A stretch of DNA of 56,688 nucleotides from Solirubrobacteraceae bacterium (GTDB lineage: Bacteria; Actinomycetota; Thermoleophilia; Solirubrobacterales; Solirubrobacteraceae): assembly GCA_036491075.1 (NCBI GenBank), contig DASXCR010000070.1:1-56688 (forward strand), written 5' to 3'. Position 1 is the first letter of the stretch. Every line of letters starts with the position of its first letter. The notes below the pieces were generated by a model, which saw only the letters and a list, made by a program, of their open reading frames with translations, was not told the DNA's origin and searched no databases. This document shows positions 11,003-19,451 of this stretch, one piece after another. The position numbers were made by a program, and so were the translations under genes.

Positions 11003-11175
11003 AACCTGCGCTAGGCTTGCCGCGTCTTGACCAGCCGAATCCCTGTCGGTCGTCGACGGGGAGCGGGGGAACCACTTGGGGTGCTTCGGCACCTCGGGGG
11101 CGAATCGTCGCGATACGCGACATAGCGCTAGCTCTTTCTGCGCGAGCCCGTCAGCTAACCCCGCAGGCATACGAA
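11003..11175 (+). promoter_or_regulatory. Candidate ydaO/yuaA-class cyclic-di-AMP riboswitch
   Basis: In the 250-nt leader of the NlpC/P60 gene I see CCGAAUCC (11035-42), ACGGGGAGC (11056-64), GGGGGAACCA (11065-74), UUGGGGUG (11076-83), GGGGGCGAAUCG (11096-11107) and GAGCCCGUCAGCUAACC (11144-60). A closing CCUGCG (11005-10) / CGCAGG (11162-67) helix is possible. These resemble the conserved blocks of the B. subtilis ydaO element as I recall them. This riboswitch class is known upstream of actinobacterial cell-wall hydrolase genes. Confidence 0.65.
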
Positions 11176-11200
11176 GGAGAAGGGGAGGGGTTCAGCCAGC

Positions 11201-12025
11201 GTGAAGTCGGGGATGCGTCTTTCGTTGTTGTGCGTGGCCGTGTTGCTGCTCGTTCCCGCCCAGGGACTCGCGGCGAAGAGGAACTGGCATCTCGGTGACC
11301 GCACCCTGCGCCAGGGCGACCAAGGCCACGACGTCAAGGTCCTGCAGAACTTCCTGACCCGCGCTGGACTGCGCATCACCCAGGACGGCGTCTTCGGTCC
11401 GGGTACGACGAAGGCCGTCAAGGCGTTCGAGGCCTCGCAGAAGCGCACCGTCGACGGCAAGTTCAGCCACCTCGACGTGCTCGTCCTGCGCGACGTCGTC
11501 ACGAACGGCGGCGCCGTCGCCAAGGCCGCGCTCACCGGCGGCGCGCTGCCGATGAACGCGCCCAAGCCGCCGCCGCTGCCCCCAATCGTCCCGCCGGCAC
11601 CGACGTTCGGCCCCGGCATGAAGGCGACCGTCGGCGCGGACGGACTCGCGGTCATCCCCGCGCTCGCTCCCCCCGCCATCCAGCAGGTCATCGCCGCCGG
11701 CAACAAGATCGCCAAGCTGCCGTACATCTACGGCGGCGGCCACGGCAAGTGGGAGGACACCGGCTATGACTGCTCCGGCTCGGTCTCCTACGCGCTGCAC
11801 GGCGGCGGCCTGCTCGCCACGCCGATGGCCTCCGGCAACTTCGAGAACTGGGGCGACGCCGGTCCCGGCCAGTGGATCACGCTGTACGCCAACGGCGGAC
11901 ACATCTTCGCGGTGATCGCGGGGCTGCGGTTCGACACCAGCGGGCAGTCGTCCGCCGGCACCCGCTGGCAGACGCCGATGCGGCCCAGCAAGGGCTACGT
12001 CGTGCGTCATCCCGTCGGCTGGTAG
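11201..12025 (+). CDS. Secreted cell-wall hydrolase: peptidoglycan-binding domain plus NlpC/P60-like C-terminal domain
   Basis: Signal peptide MRLSLLCVAVLLLVPAQGLAA. PG_binding_1-like GHDVKVLQNFLTRAGLRITQDGVFGPGTTKAVKAFE. Pro-rich linker. C-terminal LPYIYGGGHG...GYDCSGSVSYAL...GGHIFAV has the Cys/His arrangement of NlpC/P60. Confidence 0.85.
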   Translation: MKSGMRLSLLCVAVLLLVPAQGLAAKRNWHLGDRTLRQGDQGHDVKVLQNFLTRAGLRITQDGVFGPGTTKAVKAFEASQKRTVDGKFSHLDVLVLRDVVTNGGAVAKAALTGGALPMNAPKPPPLPPIVPPAPTFGPGMKATVGADGLAVIPALAPPAIQQVIAAGNKIAKLPYIYGGGHGKWEDTGYDCSGSVSYALHGGGLLATPMASGNFENWGDAGPGQWITLYANGGHIFAVIAGLRFDTSGQSSAGTRWQTPMRPSKGYVVRHPVGW

Positions 12026-12100
12026 GCAGCGAGTCGGACTCGGGGGTAGGGCCCGCGGGTAGGCTCGCGCCAGGTGCGATCCGTTGCGAAGGAGGCTGCC

Positions 12101-12511
12101 TTGCGCTTGGTCCACACGAACGTCCGGGTTCGCGACGTCGATGCCTCGCTGCGGTTCTACGCGGCGCTCGGCTTCGAGCATCGCGGCCGGCTGCAATTCG
12201 ACGGCGCCCACAACGTCTACCTCGGCCTGCCCGGCGATGGCGACACCCTTGAGCTGACGGTCAACGAGGACCGCGAGGAGCCCTACGACCTCGGCGACGG
12301 CTACGGGCACGTCGCGCTGACGGTCGAGGATCTCGACGGCCTGCTCGCCCGTCTTGCCGAGCAGGGCATCGAGCCCGAGAAGCCGCCGTACGGCCCGGGC
12401 GGCCGTGACGAGTATCGGATCTGCTTCGTGACGGACCCGGATGGCTACAGGATCGAGCTGATCGATGGCGACTTCGTGACGCCCCAGGACCCCGACCCCG
12501 CAGGAGGCTGA
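12101..12511 (+). CDS. Glyoxalase I / VOC family protein
   Basis: (M)RLVHTNVRVRDVDASLRFYAALGF...GYGHVALTVEDLD...ICFVTDPDGYRIELI matches lactoylglutathione-lyase-like proteins. TTG start at 12101 sits 5 nt after AGGAGG. The ORF track starts at GTG 12074. Confidence 0.85.
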   Translation: MRLVHTNVRVRDVDASLRFYAALGFEHRGRLQFDGAHNVYLGLPGDGDTLELTVNEDREEPYDLGDGYGHVALTVEDLDGLLARLAEQGIEPEKPPYGPGGRDEYRICFVTDPDGYRIELIDGDFVTPQDPDPAGG

Positions 12512-12513
12512 AG

Positions 12514-12837
12514 ATGCTGTTCTTCGTCCGTTTCGACGTCACCCAGCCGGCGAACGTCAGCAACGAGGATCTCGTCGCGATCTGGATCCGCGAGGCCACG
12601 GCCGCGATCGGGGCGATGGACGCCGGCGCGGTCCCACACCTCTGGAAGGTCGCCGGCCAGCGCGTCGTGCTCGGCGTCGTGGACGTCCCGACGGCCGAGG
12701 ATCTCGATCGCGCGCTGGCGAGCCTGCCGATCATCCGCGAGATGGGTCCGGGCATGAAGACCGAGGCGTGGCCGATCTACGACTACCGCACCTTCGCCAA
12801 GGACCTCGGTGACGGCGCGCACGGACCGGTCACCTGA
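12514..12837 (+). CDS. Muconolactone delta-isomerase family protein
   Basis: MLFFVRFDV...PHLWKVAGQRVVLGVVDVPTAEDLDRALASLPI resembles the MIase fold (MLFHV...HLWRVAG...LPL). AGGAGG SD. Only 2 nt separate it from the upstream gene. Confidence 0.7.
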   Translation: MLFFVRFDVTQPANVSNEDLVAIWIREATAAIGAMDAGAVPHLWKVAGQRVVLGVVDVPTAEDLDRALASLPIIREMGPGMKTEAWPIYDYRTFAKDLGDGAHGPVT

Positions 12838-12867
12838 CGAGGGACGCCCGACACCGGCGCCCGCCGG

Positions 12868-13281
12868 TCAGTCCTCGTGCGCCGGTCGGCCGCGATCGCG
12901 CTTGCGCGCGGACGCGTGGCGCTTGGCCTCCAGCCGGCGCGTGCGCGAGGCCTTCGTCGGCTTCGTCGCGCGGCGCGCGCGCGGGACCTCGAGCGCCCGC
13001 GCGAGCCGCTCGGCCAGCCGCTCGAGCGCCAGCGCGCGATTGCGCGACTGTCCGCGGGCATCCTGCGCGACGGCGCGCACGACCGGGCCGCAGCGCGCGA
13101 TGACGCGCCGCTTCTGCGCGTCGTCGAGCACCGACGACGCGGCGACGTCGAAGGTCGCCTCGATCCGCGACTCCGTCTTGTTGGCGTGCTGTCCGCCGGG
13201 ACCCGACGAGCGGCTCGCCTGTAGGCCGATCTCCTCGAGCGGGATCGCGACGTCGCGGTTGATCGGCAGGACGTCGGGCAT
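12868..13281 (-). CDS. arfB: Alternative ribosome-rescue factor ArfB (peptidyl-tRNA hydrolase, GGQ domain)
   Basis: 137 aa. MPDVLPINRDVAIPLEEIGLQASRSSGPGGQHANKTESRIEATFDV followed by a basic C-terminal tail (KPTKASRTRRLEAKRHASARKR) matches ArfB/YaeJ architecture. Confidence 0.85.
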   Translation of the reverse strand: MPDVLPINRDVAIPLEEIGLQASRSSGPGGQHANKTESRIEATFDVAASSVLDDAQKRRVIARCGPVVRAVAQDARGQSRNRALALERLAERLARALEVPRARRATKPTKASRTRRLEAKRHASARKRDRGRPAHED

Positions 13282-13407
13282 CGACACATCATGCCCGCGC
13301 GCCGATCGAGGCCGTGGGCCGCGGCCGCCCGGACCCGGCCGGCGGCCACGCGCGTCCCGCCCGGAACCCGCTCGGCGGCCATCGACGATCTGGCATCCTG
13401 GGCGGTG

Positions 13408-13776
13408 ATGAGCCCTGCGATCGCACGTCGCCGTCGGGCGGCCGTCCTCGCGATCGGCGCTGCGCTCGCGGCGGTGGTCGCGCCGGCCGGCGCGGCCGGA
13501 GCCGCGGCGCGCGTCGAGCGCGGCGCGAGCCTGCCGAAGGCCGTTCGCCTCGCCCGTGGCGACGCCGCGAAGCGGCGGCACGTGAAGGTCGTGAGCGTGC
13601 ACGTCGTCAGCGTGAAGGCGAGGACGTGGCCGGACGGGTGCCTCGGACTGCCGCGTCACGGCGAGATGTGCTCCCAGCTCGTGACGGCGGGCTACCGCGC
13701 GACGTTCTCCGTACGCGGCCACCGGCTCGTGTACCGCACCGATCGCAACGCGTCGTTCCGCCGCGAGTCGGGGTAG
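13408..13776 (+). CDS. Small secreted hypothetical protein
   Basis: MSPAIARRRRAAVLAIGAALAAVVAPAGAAGAA is a signal peptide, possibly Tat-like (RRRR). Strong GC3 bias. Two Cys residues (WPDGCLGLPRHGEMC). No family recognised. Confidence 0.55.
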   Translation: MSPAIARRRRAAVLAIGAALAAVVAPAGAAGAAARVERGASLPKAVRLARGDAAKRRHVKVVSVHVVSVKARTWPDGCLGLPRHGEMCSQLVTAGYRATFSVRGHRLVYRTDRNASFRRESG

Positions 13777-13845
13777 GGACGGCGCCCGTCGTGGGCGCGC
13801 GCCAGCTGTCCGGCGCGCCCGCGACCTGCCGTTAGAGTCGACTCC

Positions 13846-15339
13846 ATGTCAGAGAACCTCGCGCTCAACCTGACGCGCACGGCCGCGCAGCACCCCGGCG
13901 AGATCGCCTGCCGGCTCGACGACGCGGCGTTCGACTACCGCACGCTCGACAACGCGAGCGCTCGCATCGCATCGATGCTCGCGGGCAAGGGGATCGGCGA
14001 GGGCGACCGCGTCGGGATCATGCTGCCGAACGTCCCGTACTTTCCGGCCATCTACTACGCCATCCTGCGCCTGGGCGCGGTCGTCGTGCCGATGAACGTG
14101 CTGCTCAAGGGCCGCGAGGTCGCGTACTACCTCGAGGACTCCGGGGCCGAGCTGCTGTTCGCGTGGCACGGCTTCATGGACGCCGCCGAGCAGGGCGCCG
14201 AGGCGGCCGGCGACGTCGAGGTAGTGGCGGTCACGCCCGGCGAGTTCGAGGGCCTGATCTTCGCCCATGCGCCCGACGCAGCCGTCGCCGATCGCGCGGC
14301 CCGCGACACGGCCGTGATCCTCTACACGTCGGGCACCACCGGCAGGCCGAAGGGCGCGGAGCTCACGCACGCCAACCTGCGCAGCAACGTCGAGGTCGCG
14401 GTCGCGCTGTTCGGCCTCGGCGTCGGCGACGTCATCTTCGGCGGGCTGCCGCTGTTTCACTCCTTCGGGCAGACCTGCACGATGAACGCCGCGATCTGCT
14501 CCGGCGCGGCGATCACGCTGCTGCCGCGCTTCGATCCGGCCAAGGCGCTGGAGATCCTCCAGCGCGACCGCTGCACGGTCTTCGAGGGCGTGCCGACGAT
14601 GTACGGCGCGCTGCTGCATCACCCCGACCGCGACAAGGCGGACGTCTCGAGCCTGCGCATCTGCGCGTCGGGCGGCTCGTCGATGCCGGTCGAGGTCATG
14701 CGCGGCTTCGAGGAGGCGTTTCGCTGCAAGGTGCTCGAGGGCTATGGCCTGTCGGAGACCTCGCCGATCGCGTCGTTCAACCACCCCGATCGCGAGCGCA
14801 AGCCGGGGTCGATCGGCACCCCGATCGCCGGCGTGCAGATGAAGCTCGTCGACGACGATCGGGTCGAGGTCGCGGCGGGCGAGATCGGCGAGATCGTGGT
14901 CAAGGGCGAGAACGTGATGAAGGGCTACTGGGAACGGCCCGAGGCGACGGCGGAGTCGATCCGGGACGGCTGGTTTGCCACCGGCGACATGGCGAGGGTC
15001 GACGAGGACGGCTACTTCTACATCGTCGACCGTAAGAAGGACCTCATCATCCGCGGCGGCTACAACGTCTATCCGCGCGAGGTCGAGGAGGTGCTCTACG
15101 AGCATCCGGCCGTGCGCGAGGCGGCCGTCGTCGGGATGGCGCACGACGAGTGGGGCGAGGAGGTCGGGGCCGCGGTCGCGCTGAAGGAGGGCGCCTCGAT
15201 CGGCGCCGACGAGCTGCAGGCGTATGTCAAGGAGCACGTCGCGAGCTACAAGTACCCGCGCCGGATCTGGTTCGTCGACGAGCTGCCGAAGGGCCCGACC
15301 GGCAAGATCCTCAAGCGCGAGATCCAGGTTCCGCAATAG
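13846..15339 (+). CDS. Long-chain fatty acid-CoA ligase (AMP-dependent synthetase)
   Basis: 497 aa. AMP-binding motif ILYTSGTTGRPKGAELTH, plus GYGLSETSP, TGDMARVDEDGYFYIVDRKKDLII and PKGPTGKILKRE. Confidence 0.9.
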   Translation: MSENLALNLTRTAAQHPGEIACRLDDAAFDYRTLDNASARIASMLAGKGIGEGDRVGIMLPNVPYFPAIYYAILRLGAVVVPMNVLLKGREVAYYLEDSGAELLFAWHGFMDAAEQGAEAAGDVEVVAVTPGEFEGLIFAHAPDAAVADRAARDTAVILYTSGTTGRPKGAELTHANLRSNVEVAVALFGLGVGDVIFGGLPLFHSFGQTCTMNAAICSGAAITLLPRFDPAKALEILQRDRCTVFEGVPTMYGALLHHPDRDKADVSSLRICASGGSSMPVEVMRGFEEAFRCKVLEGYGLSETSPIASFNHPDRERKPGSIGTPIAGVQMKLVDDDRVEVAAGEIGEIVVKGENVMKGYWERPEATAESIRDGWFATGDMARVDEDGYFYIVDRKKDLIIRGGYNVYPREVEEVLYEHPAVREAAVVGMAHDEWGEEVGAAVALKEGASIGADELQAYVKEHVASYKYPRRIWFVDELPKGPTGKILKREIQVPQ

Positions 15340-15443
15340 GGCCCACGCGCCTTGGCCGGCGCGACGGGACGCTGTGTGCGGCCGGTCGCAGCGGTTGTGG
15401 CGCCGCCGCGCCGTGCCGCCGGCGACCGTGACCGGGCGGTTGG

Positions 15444-16590
15444 CTACAGCCCGGGCGGGTGGCGCGCGACGAAGCCCGCGTTGCTGAGCAGCTGGCGCGA
15501 CCAGCGCGTGCCGCCCTCGGCGAGCGCGACCGTGTCGAAGCGCCAGCCCGCGACGACCATGTACGCGTGCCCGGCGTTCGCGTAGACCGTGATCCACTTG
15601 CCCGGCCCGGGATCGCCCCAACTCATGAACGGGCCCGAGGCCATCGGCGCCGACACGAGGCCGGCCGCGGCGAGCGCGTAGCTGACCGAGCCCGAGCAGT
15701 CATACGCGGTGTCCTTGAAGCCGGCGTGACCGCCGCCGTAGAGGTAGGGCAGGCCGGCGATCGCGTTGCCGGCCGCGATCACGAGCGAGACGGCCGCGGG
15801 GGCGCCGGGTGGCGCCTGGGCCTGGCCGCCGGGATCGGTCGCGATGCCGGGCCGAGCCGTGCGCGCCAGCCGCTTGCGCAGCGCCGTCAGCTGGCGCGCG
15901 ATCTGGTGCAGCTCGCTCGCCTTCGACGCGCGCCCCGCCAGCCGGCGCTGCTGCTCCTGCAGCAGCGCGGTCTCGAGCGTCTGCGCGTGCTCGCGGCGCT
16001 GCTCGAGCGCGTTGGCGAGCCGCAGATGCGTCGCCTGCATCGTCGCGAGCGCGTTCGCCTGCTTGGTGACCTGCGCGCGAGAGGTGCGCGCCGCGCCCAT
16101 GATCTCGGCGTTCTGGTGGGCGATCCGCTTGAGGAAGTCGGCCTTCTCGAGCAGGTCGGTGAAGCCCTTCGCGTCGATGATCACCGAGACGATGTCGGGG
16201 GCCGGGTTGCGGTATGCGTTGAGCAGGTTCGCGCGCAGCGCATCGGTCGCCCGGTGCTGGCGGGCGACGAGCCGCGTGAGGTGGTCGCGCGACGTGACGA
16301 GCGCGGCCTCGACGCTGTCGAGCTTGGCCTGCTCTGCGGCGGCGGCGGCCTGGATCGCGCCGAGGCGGCGCTGGGCGGTCGCGAGGCCGCCGGCGGACGC
16401 GCGGATCTTGGCCGATTCGGCGGCGACGGCCGCCTTCAGCGTTGCCGCCCGGCTCGACCTGGACTGGATCGAGCTGTTGAGGTCCGCGCCGGCCGGCCCG
16501 GCGGTCGCGAGGACCGCGGCGACCGCGCCCGCGCACAGCAGTGCCAGCGCGCAGAGGGTGAGGAGTCGGCGGAGGGGGATGGTCGTCATC
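15444..16590 (-). CDS. Secreted coiled-coil (CwlO/RipA-like) NlpC/P60 cell-wall hydrolase
   Basis: Start chosen at MTTIPLRRLLTLCALALLCAGAVAAV. A long Ala/Gln/Arg-rich coiled-coil region follows. The C-terminal LPYLYGGGHAGFKDTAYDCSGSVSYAL...AGHAYMVVAGWRFD is paralogous to the C-terminus of 11201..12025. Confidence 0.85.
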
Positions 16591-16728
16591 GGCGGAGCGG
16601 CGTCGCGATCGGAGTGCAGCGGTGCCCCCCGCCTCGACGGCGAGCCGGCGACGCTACCAGCGGTCATCGTGGATCGATCACAAACGCCTGCTCCTGCAAG
16701 GATTCCTGCACGAGGTAGCGTGGGGTCC

Positions 16729-18330
16729 ATGCGCGGCGGTGTGCAGCGGGGTGGGAGCGGCCCCGAGCCGGGCGAAACGGCCGCCGACGACGTGTGGGTC
16801 GGGCTCGATCTCGGGACGCAGAGCGCGCGGGCGTACGTCGTGTCGGGGGACGGGCGGGTCGTCGGAAGCGCCGGGGTCGCGCTGCGCAGCGTGCGCGAGG
16901 GCGCTCGTCACGAGCAGGATCCGCGGCAGTGGTTCGAGGCCGTGGCGGCGGCGAGCCGCGCGGCGCTCGCGGGGATCGCACCGGAGCGCGTGCGCGGGGT
17001 CGCGACCTGCGCGACGTCGGGGACGATCGTGCTCGTCGACGCCGCGGGAGGCCCGCTGACGCCGGGGGTCATGTACGACGACATGCGCGCGGGCGCGCAG
17101 GCCGCGCGGATCGACGCGAGCGGCGCGTTCGAGCACCCGATCTCGCCGTCTTGGGCGCTGCCCAAGCTGTTGTGGATGCTCGAGTCGTGGCCGCAGCTCG
17201 GGCCCGGCGCGCGGCTCGCGCAGCAGGCGGACGTCGTCACCCGCGCGCTCGCCGGGCACGAGGTGCCGTCCGATTGCAGCCATGCGTTGAAGAGCGGCTA
17301 CGACCAGCAGCACGAGACCTGGCCCTGGGCTGAGCTCGAGACGCTGGGCGTGCCCGGCGCACTGCTGCCCGAGGTCGTGCGCGGCGGGTCGCTGCTCGGG
17401 GAGGTCTGCCCCGAGGCGGCCGAGCGCACGGGGATCCCGCCCGGCACGCCCGTGATCGCGGGAATGACGGACGGCTGTGGCGCGCAGTTCGCCGCGGGCG
17501 CGGTGAGGGCCGGCAGCTGGAACGCGGTGCTCGGGACGACGCTCGTGCTGAAGGGCTGCAGCGAGTTGCGTGTGGACGACCCGTCCGGGCTGCTGTACAG
17601 CCATCGCGCGCCGGACGGCGGGTGGCTGCCGGGCGGGGCATCGAGCTGCGGCGCCGGGGTGCTGACCGCCCACTTCCCGGGCCGCGACCTCGACGACCTC
17701 GGCCGCCGGGCCGCCGCGTTCGAGGGCACGAGCGCGCTCGCGTACCCACTGGTGACGCGCGGGGAGCGCTTCCCGTTCGCGGCGCCGGCCGCCGAGGCGT
17801 TCGTCTGCGGCGAGCCGGCCGGCGAGGCCGAGCTCTTCGCCGCGCTGGCGCAGGGGGTCGCGTTCGTCGAGCGACTGTGCTTCGACTACCTCGACCTGCT
17901 CGGCGCGGCGACGGACGGCGAGCTGACGCTGACCGGCGGAGCCTCGCGCAGCCGGCCGTGGTGTCAGCTGCGCGCGGACGTGCTGGGGCGGCCGGTGCGT
18001 CTCGTGGAGCAGCCGGAGGCCGCGGTCGGCATGGCGATCCTCGCGGCGTCGGCGTCGGCGTCGACGTCGGGGCCGGCGTCGGCGTCGGCGTCGAGGTGGG
18101 CGTCGGGGCCGGGGTCGGCGTCGTGGCGGGGGTCGGCCGGCGGCGGGGGCGGGGCGGCCGTCGCGTCCCCGATCGCGCGGATGGTGCGCACGCGCGAGGT
18201 CATCGCGCCGCGGACGGACCGCGCGCCGGCCCTGACGGCGTCGTACCTGCGGCTCGTCGACGAGCTCGAGCGGCGTGGGTGGCTGGGCGAGCGGTTGGCG
18301 TCGCACGCGCGAGCGAGAGCCGACGCGTAG
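16729..18330 (+). CDS. FGGY family carbohydrate kinase
   Basis: Real start lies inside ORF 15766..18330. VWVGLDLGTQSARAYVV (N-terminal ATPase phosphate-1 motif), GMTDGCGAQFAAG and LTLTGGASRSRPWCQLRADVLGRPV match FGGY N- and C-domains. Contains an Ala/Ser/Gly low-complexity insert (see findings). Confidence 0.8.
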   Translation: MRGGVQRGGSGPEPGETAADDVWVGLDLGTQSARAYVVSGDGRVVGSAGVALRSVREGARHEQDPRQWFEAVAAASRAALAGIAPERVRGVATCATSGTIVLVDAAGGPLTPGVMYDDMRAGAQAARIDASGAFEHPISPSWALPKLLWMLESWPQLGPGARLAQQADVVTRALAGHEVPSDCSHALKSGYDQQHETWPWAELETLGVPGALLPEVVRGGSLLGEVCPEAAERTGIPPGTPVIAGMTDGCGAQFAAGAVRAGSWNAVLGTTLVLKGCSELRVDDPSGLLYSHRAPDGGWLPGGASSCGAGVLTAHFPGRDLDDLGRRAAAFEGTSALAYPLVTRGERFPFAAPAAEAFVCGEPAGEAELFAALAQGVAFVERLCFDYLDLLGAATDGELTLTGGASRSRPWCQLRADVLGRPVRLVEQPEAAVGMAILAASASASTSGPASASASRWASGPGSASWRGSAGGGGGAAVASPIARMVRTREVIAPRTDRAPALTASYLRLVDELERRGWLGERLASHARARADA

Positions 18331-18489
18331 GCGGCCGGCGCCCTGGCGAACTCGAAACGCCGACACGGCTCGTACGGCGCGCCAGGACGGTTGCTCGACG
18401 GGTCGGGTGCGCGTGGCGCGAACGTGGTTTCCCGGCAACGCCTTCACGCCGCGACCGTGCGCGGGAGCGGTGGTGCGCGCGCAACTTGA

Positions 18490-18526
18490 GTTGACGAATG
18501 ATCGATCGTCAACTACTGTTGACGAC
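18490..18526 (+). promoter_or_regulatory. Candidate leaderless promoter with three GTTGACGA half-sites
   Basis: GTTGACGA (18490-97) and its complement TCGTCAAC (18506-13) form an 8-bp-arm inverted repeat. A third GTTGACGA lies at 18518-25. TTGACG(18491)-N17-TACTGT(18514)-N7-ATG(18527) fits a sigma-70-type promoter giving a leaderless mRNA. The patch is locally AT-rich. Confidence 0.45.
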
Positions 18527-18772
18527 ATGGCATTCGTTCCCACGGAGGAAGAGGCGGTCCCCCGCGACCCGGCCGAGGGCCTCGCCGCCGTCGTCGCGCT
18601 GCGCCGGCTCGCGGACCGGCTCGAGGCCGGGCAGGTCGAGCGCGCGATCGTCGATGGGTGGTCGTGGGCCGACGTCGCCCTATCGCTCGGCGTCAGCCGC
18701 CAAGCCGTGCACAAGAAGCACGCCAAGCGCCTGCGGGCGCGCGGCGTGCAGAGCGGCCGGCGCGATGTTTGA
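18527..18772 (+). CDS. Small helix-turn-helix protein (sigma-70 region-4-like)
   Basis: 81 aa. WSWADVALSLGVSRQAVHKKHAKRL is a typical HTH. It overlaps the downstream Clp_N gene by 8 nt. Confidence 0.7.
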   Translation: MAFVPTEEEAVPRDPAEGLAAVVALRRLADRLEAGQVERAIVDGWSWADVALSLGVSRQAVHKKHAKRLRARGVQSGRRDV

Positions 18773-19322
18773 GCGCTTCGCACCGGAGAGCCGCGAAGCC
18801 GTCGCCCGCGCGGTCGAGGCCGCGCGGCGCGCCGGCGCCGAGCGGGTCGACCCCGAGCACCTGCTGCTCGCGCTCGCCGGGTGCGCCGTCGCGCACGCAG
18901 CGGACGGTCACCGCGCACCCGAGTCGGCCGGGAGGCCGGTCGCCGAGCCGCCTCGGCAACTCGGCGCGGTCGGCCGCGCGCTCGGCGAGGCCGGCATCGA
19001 CGCCGCCGGCATCGAGGAGGCGATCGAGCGGGCGTTCGTCGCTGCGCTCGAGGTCGTCGGCGTGCCGGCATCCGTCGTCGCGTCGGCGCCGATCCGTCCC
19101 GGCGCGGACGACCCGCGCTTCGGCGACGCGACGAAGCAAGCGCTCGCGCATGCGCTGGTGCACGCGCAGCGACGCGGCGCGCGTCGCCTCGGCACCGCGC
19201 ACCTGCTGCTCGGGCTCCTGGATCCGCCCGCGGCCGGCGTGGCTCGCGTCCTGGAGCGCCTCGACGTGCCGCCGCGGCGTCTCGCGGCGCTCGTACAGGT
19301 CGAGCTTGCGTCCGAGCGATGA
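18765..19322 (+). CDS. Clp amino-terminal (Clp_N) repeat domain protein, no ATPase domain
   Basis: MFERFAPESREAVARAVEAARRAGAERVDPEHLLLAL and a second repeat ALAHALVHAQRRGARRLGTAHLLLGLL match the double Clp_N repeat. Confidence 0.8.
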   Translation: MFERFAPESREAVARAVEAARRAGAERVDPEHLLLALAGCAVAHAADGHRAPESAGRPVAEPPRQLGAVGRALGEAGIDAAGIEEAIERAFVAALEVVGVPASVVASAPIRPGADDPRFGDATKQALAHALVHAQRRGARRLGTAHLLLGLLDPPAAGVARVLERLDVPPRRLAALVQVELASER

Positions 19323-19451
19323 ACATCGCATTCCTGCGGGTCGCGACCGGGTGGACGGCCCGGCGGCCGGCACGGCGCTCGCAGATCTCCGGCCGCGCCC
19401 GCAGCCAATGGGGTCGGTGGCAGCACCCGCCTCCGGGGTAGCCCGGCGTCC

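Noticed and set aside
16591-16728. Possible second ydaO/c-di-AMP riboswitch in the leader of the coiled-coil NlpC/P60 gene
   Set aside because: Only GGAAUCC and GCGGGGGGCACC-like fragments are present. The GGGGUGAAUC and AGCUAACC blocks are missing, and the leader is too short for the full pseudo-symmetric fold. It could still be checked with RF00379.
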